Shown here piece after piece: positions 39,626 to 46,760 of a stretch of DNA of 64,000 bases; position 1 is the first letter of the stretch; the number at the start of each line of letters is the position of its first letter. Both the position numbers and the translations under genes were made by a program. This DNA is from Phycisphaerae bacterium (GTDB lineage Bacteria > Planctomycetota > Phycisphaerae > UBA1845 > Fen-1342). The stretch covers positions 64,001 to 128,000 of the forward strand of contig JASFQK010000010.1 of NCBI GenBank assembly GCA_050115495.1, given 5' to 3'. The notes beneath the pieces are model-generated. The model had not been told where the DNA came from and made no database searches. It was given only the letters and a program-made list of their open reading frames with translations.

Positions 39626-39734
39626 TTACGTGGTTGCCTGCCGCAACTGCCCAGCACCGGATAGCCTGCAGGTGCTCTCGTTGCGAGAATGCTTGCACTT
39701 GGTAGATGAGCAGGCCGCGCGGGCCAATTTCCCC

Positions 39735-39998
39735 CTACTCCCTCTGCGTGTGCTTGCGTTTCCCCCTGCGCTTGGGCGGATCGGGCACGATCTCAAGGAA
39801 ATCCTGAATGGGAACCTGCAAGGCGAGACAGAGCTTCTCCACGTTCGCCAGAGTCGGGTGATAGTTCTCGCGCGTTGCGATCGACTGAAGCGTGCCAACT
39901 GCCAAGCCTGTCACACGGGCAAGATCCTCATACGTGATGCGCCTGCCAGTTCGACGCCGGTATGCCAACATCGCCTCTCTGAGCTTGACGATCACCAT
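39735..39998 (-). CDS. XRE/Cro-C1 family helix-turn-helix regulator
   Basis: ITYEDLARVTGLAVGTLQSIAT...PTLANVEKLCLALQVPIQDFLE. Confidence 0.9.
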   Translation of the reverse strand: MVIVKLREAMLAYRRRTGRRITYEDLARVTGLAVGTLQSIATRENYHPTLANVEKLCLALQVPIQDFLEIVPDPPKRRGKRKHTQRE

Positions 39999-40046
39999 CA
40001 ATTGTACCCAATAAGCGGAAAACCCGCGCAAAAATCGAGTTTCCTG

Positions 40047-40075
40047 TTGGCAGTCCCGACGCTGCAGGTTATACT
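40047..40075 (+). promoter_or_regulatory. Sigma70-type promoter P2, divergent from the XRE gene
   Basis: TTGGCA (40047-40052), 17-bp spacer, TATACT (40070-40075). Confidence 0.75.
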
Positions 40076-40081
40076 ACCATA

Positions 40082-40471
40082 CGTGTCGATAATTGGGTAG
40101 TGCACGGCTGCATGAGCAACGGCCGTGCCCGGATCTTCATTACGATGATGTCGTGACCTTTGGGCTGTCAATGCAACGCGTCATGCGCGTTGTGCCAGTC
40201 TGGTCATGACAGCCTCGCCCGGGCGAGTGTCCGCGCTTATCATGCGGGCGCTGCCCGGTGCGCGGGGTCGCGGAGACTGGCTTGACGGCCCAACCGCGGC
40301 CTTCAGCGCATCGGGTGGCGCCCGTTTCCTTTAGGTGCCATCGGCTCTCGACGTTTCGCTGTCCCCCGACGGCGCCGTCACCCCTGCGCGAATGTACGCG
40401 GGTCGTGCGCGCCAATTGCGAGTCTGTCCGAGCGCACCCAGCAGGCACGGCCCGCTCTACACGCCGACACG
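40082..40471 (+). ncRNA. Candidate large structured non-coding RNA or leader of unrecognised class
   Basis: Starts at the expected TSS of P2. Its 5' and 3' ends pair (CGTGTCG/CGACACG), and about ten internal helices can be read directly, including long-range ones. No credible ORF. Confidence 0.55.
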
Positions 40472-40495
40472 CAACACGCGAAGGAAGGACACCTG

Positions 40496-40861
40496 ATGGC
40501 AAAATCGCCGGAGCTGGACGAAGACACGTTTCAGGCCATGTGGAAGACCTTGCCGCTTAGCGACAAACGCTTCCTCGGTGCGTTGATCCTCATTACAGAG
40601 GCCGTCGGGGATGAGAAGCTGCGTTACCACGAATTGCCCGCCCGCCTGGAACACACGCTACGGGAAGCCGATCGCGACACACTCTTCAGCCTTATCGCCG
40701 AGTGTCTCGGCCACTTGCTCAACGCCCCGGCGATGGAACGCGTCAGGCGATGTCACCGCCGCGGGCGAAGCGCGCGGCTCGCGTCCAAACAGAATCAGAC
40801 GCGCGAGCCCAGACCGAACGGGGACGGCCGGCCCCCGGCCCGGGGGAGGCGACCAGGATGA
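40496..40861 (+). CDS. Hypothetical protein with Arg-rich C-terminal tail
   Basis: AAGGAAGGA RBS precedes ATG 40496; helical core; ATGA overlap with the next gene. Confidence 0.7.
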   Translation: MAKSPELDEDTFQAMWKTLPLSDKRFLGALILITEAVGDEKLRYHELPARLEHTLREADRDTLFSLIAECLGHLLNAPAMERVRRCHRRGRSARLASKQNQTREPRPNGDGRPPARGRRPG

Positions 40862-41619
40862 ACGCGCGTGGCACAGAACATGTCACGTTTGCTGAGCCTC
40901 CCGTTGGGCGGGCTGTGCCTGCCGGTAGTGACACGCCGGAAGCGGCCGAGTCGGCGGGCGCGGCCGACCCCGCATTGGCCATGTCGCACAACGCATGCCA
41001 ACCACGCCCGTTCGCCCTGACGGCCTTGCTCCGCGACCTCCAGCCGCATCCCGAACTCGACCTGCGGACGATGGCCTATCACCTCCAGCAATCCGACGCC
41101 ACCGCCGGCGACGGCTACGGTCACGCCGCCATCAACGAGGCCCGCTCCGCCCTCGAGGCCCTCATCGTCAGCATCGCCTGCACCATCCGCCACGGCGCGA
41201 CGGATGGAACAGATACGCCCTTGCGCGAACGCGTCCAGAACGGCAGCACGTTCCGCACACATCGCCGCTGCCTGATGGACGCCGGCTTCATTGACGCCGA
41301 CGAGAGTGACTTGCTCCAATTCGTCTACAGCATGGCTAGCGCCAGAGGCAGCCATTACGGCGTGACCGACGAAGCCTGGACCCGCTTAGCTCGGCGAATC
41401 ATCTTCGCCGTCGGCCAATACTTCACGCTGCGCTACGCCACGTGGAAGCGGAATGGCCGCCAACCGGCACCACCCGCTGTCAGTTGCCGTCAGCCAACGC
41501 CACGCTCCTGGCTCCCGAGTCTCCTCGCCAACCTCCTGCCCTGGCGGAGGGATACCCCAACCCGCCCCTCTTCCATCAGGACGCCGACACGCCGCAAGCC
41601 CACGGATGGACACAAGTAG
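40858..41619 (+). CDS. Hypothetical helical protein, HEPN/Abi-C-like
   Basis: AINEARSALEAL...VYSMASARGSH...A pattern; coupled to the upstream ORF. Confidence 0.55.
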   Translation: MNARGTEHVTFAEPPVGRAVPAGSDTPEAAESAGAADPALAMSHNACQPRPFALTALLRDLQPHPELDLRTMAYHLQQSDATAGDGYGHAAINEARSALEALIVSIACTIRHGATDGTDTPLRERVQNGSTFRTHRRCLMDAGFIDADESDLLQFVYSMASARGSHYGVTDEAWTRLARRIIFAVGQYFTLRYATWKRNGRQPAPPAVSCRQPTPRSWLPSLLANLLPWRRDTPTRPSSIRTPTRRKPTDGHK

Positions 41620-42847
41620 GACTGGCCGTGCCCGCCCCACTTCTGTGGCTGGTGGGTCCGGACCGGCCATGTTCGCTTTGCCGCAGGTGCTTCTGCACGT
41701 ACTCGATCAACTTGCCGGCGGTTTCGTCGCAGGCTTTCGCGGCCTCTGGAGTGCCGCAGTTGGTGGCGACTAGAACGGCGAAGTCACGCTTCGGGGCCAG
41801 CCAGGCGACGGCGTACCAATACGTGTTGCTGCCGGCGTGCGTGAGGGCGGTGCCGCCGGCCCAGGGACGCTCGACCACGCCCCAGCCCAGGGCATAGTCG
41901 AAGCCGGGAGGTGGACGGTGCAGCGTGGTGATGGTCTCTGCCTTCAGCAGGCCCGATTCGCCGCGGGCGCCACGCAGATGCAACGCAGCGAAACGTGCCC
42001 AGTCGCCCAGCGAGCAATGCACCGTGCCGGCGGGGCCGAGACACGCCGGATTGTCGGACAAAGCCAGCGGCTCCAACGGCAGGAGCTCCTCGCCGACGAG
42101 GCGGTGCCCGCGCGGCTGGTCGGGTTCGAGTGGCGTGCCCGGTGGGCCGAAGCCGGCGGTGTCCATCTTCAGCGGCGTGAAGAGCAGGTCGCGCATCAGC
42201 TCTTCCCAGGAGCGGCCGGTGACACGCTCGGCCATCGCGCCGGCGACGGCGTAGCCCATGTTCGAGTAGATCATCTTCGAGCCGGGTTGCGCCGCCGGCT
42301 CCTGGCCGAGGGCGAGTCGGACAAGTGTCTCCCGCTGCTGGCGGATGGGGCCGTCGAGCGTGCGGAGACGCATGAACACCGGGCCGGGTACGCGATCCTC
42401 GGGCAGGCCGCTGCGATGCGTCAGGAGTTGCTCGATCGTGACGGCGTGATATTCGGGGCGAATCTCGCCTTTCAGGTCGGGGAACACGTCGGCGACCGTC
42501 GTGTCCCAGCGGAGCTGGCCCTGCTCGACGAGGCGGCCGATCAGTGTCGCGGTCATGGCCTTGGTGCAGGAGCCGATGTGGAAGCGGTCGTTCGGCGTAA
42601 CCAGCGTCGTGTCGCCCATGCAGCGCACGCCGGTGGCGCCGAGGGCGACCAAGTCGTCACCGCGGATGATGGTCCCCGCCAGTGCGGGCAGGTTGTGTTG
42701 GGCGCGGATGGGCTCGAGCAGCTCGGCCAGGTCGCGCACGGGTTGCGTCGTCGGCGGAGGCTCAGCCCAGGCCCACGCCGCGGCGAGCAGCACCAAGATG
42801 GCGGTCGCCGCGGCGTGGGCCGGCGCGTGTCGGGTTGAGCGGTTCAT
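41576..42847 (-). CDS. Serine hydrolase, beta-lactamase/AmpC-like family
   Basis: FHIGSCTK (SxxK), LLTHRSGL, YSN, HAGSN; signal peptide. Confidence 0.93.
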   Translation of the reverse strand: MNRSTRHAPAHAAATAILVLLAAAWAWAEPPPTTQPVRDLAELLEPIRAQHNLPALAGTIIRGDDLVALGATGVRCMGDTTLVTPNDRFHIGSCTKAMTATLIGRLVEQGQLRWDTTVADVFPDLKGEIRPEYHAVTIEQLLTHRSGLPEDRVPGPVFMRLRTLDGPIRQQRETLVRLALGQEPAAQPGSKMIYSNMGYAVAGAMAERVTGRSWEELMRDLLFTPLKMDTAGFGPPGTPLEPDQPRGHRLVGEELLPLEPLALSDNPACLGPAGTVHCSLGDWARFAALHLRGARGESGLLKAETITTLHRPPPGFDYALGWGVVERPWAGGTALTHAGSNTYWYAVAWLAPKRDFAVLVATNCGTPEAAKACDETAGKLIEYVQKHLRQSEHGRSGPTSHRSGAGTASPTCVHPWACGVSAS

Positions 42848-42856
42848 CGGCGTTGG

Positions 42857-44500
42857 CTACGAGGGACGCCGGTCGGCGGCCACCTCGTCCTTGAGCCGCT
42901 TCATGTGGCCACGGCCGAGGCCCTTGACCTCGCAGCCGAGCTCGAAGTAGCGGCGGATCTTGTCGTCGTCGAGGACGCCGAAGCAGTCGATGACCGCCAC
43001 CGGCTGGCCGGCCATGCGCACGACCTCGTCCGGCGAGAGGGCAAGGTAGGGCTTGTGACGGACGGCGAGGATGACGGCGTCGGCACCTTCGAGGGCGGTG
43101 GCGAGATCCTGCTGGATGCGCAGGTCCTTGAGGCCCTCCTGGTTGCGGAAGAAGCGGGCCCAGCTATAGCCGGGGGAGGGGTAGGTGTCCTGGGCCTCGA
43201 TTTCCCACCAATGCGTGACGTAGGGGTCGTGGACGCGCAGGTCGCCACCCATCTCCGTCAGCTTGCGGACGACAAGCTCGCTGCCGCTGTAGCGGGTGTC
43301 GCCGACGTCCTCGCGATAGGCGGCGCCGAGGAGCGTGATGCGGGCGGCGGCGACGACCTTGCCCATGTTGCGCAACGCGTCGCGGGTGAGCTGGCCTACG
43401 TGCAACGCACGGGTGTCGTTGATGTCGATGGCCGTCGGCGTGATCATGAAGATGTCGTCTTCGAAGCCCATCAGGTGGCGATAGGCCCACATGCCCAGGC
43501 CGCCGTCCTTGGGCAGGCAGTAGCCGCCGATACCGGGGCCGGGGAAGATCATGTTGTTGTGGGTGGGGCGCATCTTGATGGCCTGGATGACCTTGATGAG
43601 ATCGACGCCGTTGCGCTCGGCGAAGAGGCTCCATTCGTGGAGGAAGGCGAGGATGGTGGCCCGGTAGCTGTTCTCGACGATCTTGGTGGTCTCGCTTTCG
43701 AGTGGGCGATCGAGGACGGTCAGCGGGAACTCGTCGGTGTTGAGGACCTCGGTGAGGAACTTCTCGACGCGACTGCGGGCCTCGGCGTTCACGCCACTGC
43801 ACACGCGCCAGAAGTCGCGGATGCTGCTGACGTAGTTGCGGCCGGGCATGACCCGTTCGAAGCTGTGGGCCAGGAGCGGCTCGGTCTTGATGCCGCGAGC
43901 GGCGAAGGCCCGGCGGAGAATGGGCATGGCCACGTATTCGGTCGTGCCGGGCGCGACGGTCGTCTCGATGAGGACGAGACACTCGGGCGGGATGTGCTCG
44001 CCGATGACGCCGAAGCTCTTTTCGAGGGCGGCCATGTCGGCGTGGCCGCTGCGCAGGTTGCCCAGGTCCTCCTTGAGGTAGTCGCACTGCACGTCGACGA
44101 CGACGCAGTCGGCGAGCTTGAGCACCTCGTTGGTGTACGTCGCGATGAGCGTCTTCTTGTCCTTGACGCAGCGGGGGATGATCTGGTCGACCTCGGGGTC
44201 TTCGGCCTTGACCGGCGACACGCCGCGGTTGAGGTAGTTGATCTTCCAGAAGCTGCGCGTGCTGGGCCGCTGCATGCCGATCACGAACTTCGTGGGCTGG
44301 CCGGTCTTGCGGTCGACCGTGTCGGCCACGACGGCGGCCATGACCGCGCCGACGAAGCCCACGCCGACCACGACGACGATCTCGCGGCCCTGCTGGCGCT
44401 GCTCGGCGACGATCTTCTCCAACCGCCGGAACTCCTCGGCGTAATCCTTCTCCGTGGGCAGAGGGAAACGTTCCCCATCCGGACTAATCGAGTAATCCAT
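42857..44500 (-). CDS. Nucleotide-sugar dehydrogenase (UDP-glucose/GDP-mannose dehydrogenase family)
   Basis: GVGFVG, ETTVAPGTT, ERVMPG, KIVENSYR, GPGIGGYCLPKD, AYREDVGDTRYS. Confidence 0.93.
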   Translation of the reverse strand: MDYSISPDGERFPLPTEKDYAEEFRRLEKIVAEQRQQGREIVVVVGVGFVGAVMAAVVADTVDRKTGQPTKFVIGMQRPSTRSFWKINYLNRGVSPVKAEDPEVDQIIPRCVKDKKTLIATYTNEVLKLADCVVVDVQCDYLKEDLGNLRSGHADMAALEKSFGVIGEHIPPECLVLIETTVAPGTTEYVAMPILRRAFAARGIKTEPLLAHSFERVMPGRNYVSSIRDFWRVCSGVNAEARSRVEKFLTEVLNTDEFPLTVLDRPLESETTKIVENSYRATILAFLHEWSLFAERNGVDLIKVIQAIKMRPTHNNMIFPGPGIGGYCLPKDGGLGMWAYRHLMGFEDDIFMITPTAIDINDTRALHVGQLTRDALRNMGKVVAAARITLLGAAYREDVGDTRYSGSELVVRKLTEMGGDLRVHDPYVTHWWEIEAQDTYPSPGYSWARFFRNQEGLKDLRIQQDLATALEGADAVILAVRHKPYLALSPDEVVRMAGQPVAVIDCFGVLDDDKIRRYFELGCEVKGLGRGHMKRLKDEVAADRRPS

Positions 44501-44720
44501 GGTGCCTTCCTCCAAAGGTGTGAGTCGTGCGCCGAGTGCCGGGGGGGCGGAACGACGGGGCCCCGCGCCGCACGGTGGACACCGTAGACCGGCGGCGGCG
44601 GGCCGTCAAATGACGGGGGGTGGGTGGGGCGGTGAGTGAAATCGGCGGGTATGCTGGCAATCCGTGCGACGGCGCTGCAAGATCAGCCCTGCGACGCATG
44701 GTGTTGGAGTGGAACGTGTC

Positions 44721-46724
44721 ATGAACGAGGCTTCGCCATCGGCCAAGCGGCCGCTCGACGACCCGCGCCTGCACCGGGTGCTGGTGCCGGGACTGCTGGT
44801 GTTGACGGCGGTGTTGGCGGTGACGTCGCTGTTGGGGGACAGCCTCACGTACGATGAGAACAGCCACCTGACGGCGGGGATGAGCGTGCTGGAGACGGGC
44901 GACTATCGATTAGCGCCCGATCACCCGCCGCTGGCCAAGATCTGGGCGGCGTGGCCGCTGCTCTTCACGGATCAGGAATGGGTACCGGCGGACAACCACG
45001 GCTGGCAGATCGCCGACGTGTTCATCACCGGGCGGACGTGGCTGTTCGAGTTGAACGACGGCGAGCGGCTGCTGCCGATCGCGCGGTGCATGATCGTGGT
45101 ACTGCTGGTGGCCCTGTGCCTGGCGGTGTATGCGACAGCCCGCACGCTGTTCGGGCCGTCCGCGGGGCTGCTGGCCCTGGCGCTGGCGGCGCTGAGCCCG
45201 ACGTTCCTGGCGCATGGCCGGCTGGTGACGACCGATCTGCCCATCACGTTGTGTCTGACGTTGGTGTTGCTGACGATGGCCCGGCTGTTGCAGCGGGTCA
45301 CGGTCTGGCGGTTGCTGGCGGCGGCCGCAGCGCTGGGGGCGGCGAGCGTGACGAAGATGTCGTGGCCGCTGATTCTGCCGGCGGTGGCCGGGATGTTCGT
45401 CGCGGTGCTGGTGCGGCAAACGCCGCTGGAGGTCCGCCGGGGGCGGGGCGAGTCGGCGGTGCGCTTGCTGGAACGGCCGCGGCAGCGGGCCAGAGTGCTG
45501 GCCGTGCTGGCGGTCGTGCTGGGGCTGACGACGTGGACCAGCATCTGGGCGTGCTACTCCGGGCGCGTGAGCATGTTCGGGCCGGCGGTGACGAAGTCGC
45601 TGGAGGACGGGACCGCCGACGCGGCGACGCGTGATTTGGTCGACAACCTGTCGGTGGCGTGGAATCGGGCCCTGTCCGATGAGAACGGCCAGCCGCGCAC
45701 CAGCTTCGTGCCGAGCACGCTGCGCTTCCTGGCCGACTGGAACCTGCTGCCCGAGGCGTACCTGTTCGGGTTGGCGTGGACGTTCGAGGTAACGGGCGGG
45801 CGGATCGCGTACTTCTGCGGCGAGGTGAACACGGCGGGGTTCACCTGGTATTTCCCGGTGGCGTTCGCGATCAAGACGCCGGTGGCGACGATGTTGCTGG
45901 TCATCGCGGGCATCGTGGCTCTGGCGCGGCGGCGCTGCGCGTGGAACCGGGATGTGCTGCTACTGACCGGGCACGCGGTTTTCGTGGCTCTGTACGTGCC
46001 GTACGTCATTCACAGCGGCTTCAACATCGGGCAGCGGCACCTGCTGCCGATCTATCCGGCGCTGTTCGCAGTGGGCGGGGCGGCGGCGGCGTGGCTGAGG
46101 AGCCGGGTGGGGCGCGTGCTGATCGGGTTGGCGGTGGTGTGGCTGGCGGGGGCGAATGCGCACATCTATCCGCATTACCTGAGCTACTTCAACGAGCTGA
46201 TTGGCGGGCCGGCCAACGGGCGTTACTACCTCGCCGACAGTAACATCGACTGGGGCCAGGATCTCAAGCGGCTGGCCACGTACGCCCACGAGCACCCGGA
46301 AGAGACGATCAAGCTGTCGTATTTCGGCAGCGCCGATCCGACGTGTTACGGCTTCCCGGTCACGCTGCTGCCGAGCTCGATCGAGACGGGCTCGTACGGA
46401 GCGCTGGCGGGCGGGGGCCTGTACGTGATCAGCGTGACGAACCTGCTCGGCGTGTACGAGTCGTATGCGTGGGAGTCGTTCTGGGCCGATCCGAAGTGGC
46501 CGGCGTACTATCGCAAAGTCGAGGACTACCTGGCCGCACCGCCCGTGGATGACACGGCGGCGACGCAGAAGGAGCGGGCCGTCGCCACGCGCGAGCGGGA
46601 CAAGCTGCGCTGGGGCCGGTTCTTGTATCGGCTGCGGCGGCGGCCGCCGGGCCAGCGCATCGGCTGGTCGATGTTTGTGTACCACCTGTCGGCGGCGGAC
46701 GTGGAGGAACTGGCCAAGCCCTGA
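44721..46724 (+). CDS. GT39/PMT-like membrane glycosyltransferase (GT-C)
   Basis: SLTYDENSH, HPPLAK, GRLVTTD, RHLLPIYP, YLSYFNEL.GG, DSNIDWGQD. Confidence 0.88.
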   Translation: MNEASPSAKRPLDDPRLHRVLVPGLLVLTAVLAVTSLLGDSLTYDENSHLTAGMSVLETGDYRLAPDHPPLAKIWAAWPLLFTDQEWVPADNHGWQIADVFITGRTWLFELNDGERLLPIARCMIVVLLVALCLAVYATARTLFGPSAGLLALALAALSPTFLAHGRLVTTDLPITLCLTLVLLTMARLLQRVTVWRLLAAAAALGAASVTKMSWPLILPAVAGMFVAVLVRQTPLEVRRGRGESAVRLLERPRQRARVLAVLAVVLGLTTWTSIWACYSGRVSMFGPAVTKSLEDGTADAATRDLVDNLSVAWNRALSDENGQPRTSFVPSTLRFLADWNLLPEAYLFGLAWTFEVTGGRIAYFCGEVNTAGFTWYFPVAFAIKTPVATMLLVIAGIVALARRRCAWNRDVLLLTGHAVFVALYVPYVIHSGFNIGQRHLLPIYPALFAVGGAAAAWLRSRVGRVLIGLAVVWLAGANAHIYPHYLSYFNELIGGPANGRYYLADSNIDWGQDLKRLATYAHEHPEETIKLSYFGSADPTCYGFPVTLLPSSIETGSYGALAGGGLYVISVTNLLGVYESYAWESFWADPKWPAYYRKVEDYLAAPPVDDTAATQKERAVATRERDKLRWGRFLYRLRRRPPGQRIGWSMFVYHLSAADVEELAKP

Positions 46725-46760
46725 GGCTGTGCGGCGTATCGCGGTGGCCGGAGACGGTGG

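Noticed and set aside
39552..40100. 182-aa + strand ORF across the islet
   Set aside because: It is antisense to the clear XRE gene, runs through both promoters and has no recognisable motifs.
40264..40430. GCGGAGACTGG..GACGGC resembles a group I intron P7/P3 (R element)
   Set aside because: There is no AUAGUCC-type S element or host exon, and AGACTGGC pairs perfectly with an upstream segment instead.
40082..40471. RNase P RNA, tmRNA, cobalamin riboswitch or retron msr/msd as the identity of the structured tract
   Set aside because: It lacks GAGGAAAGUCC, tRNA-like ends and a B12 box, and no reverse transcriptase is in the window. A covariance-model search is still needed.
40140..40560. ORFs 40140-40502 (-) and 40258-40560 (+) in the structured tract
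   Set aside because: Arg/Pro/Cys-rich composition typical of spurious GC-rich frames; no RBS; one overlaps the better ORF at 40496.
39253..41619. Prophage or integrative element
   Set aside because: No integrase, tRNA/att duplication or structural genes; at most a small islet or remnant.
41576..42847. Antibiotic-resistance beta-lactamase
   Set aside because: The motifs fit the broad serine hydrolase family (HAG rather than KTG), so resistance cannot be inferred.
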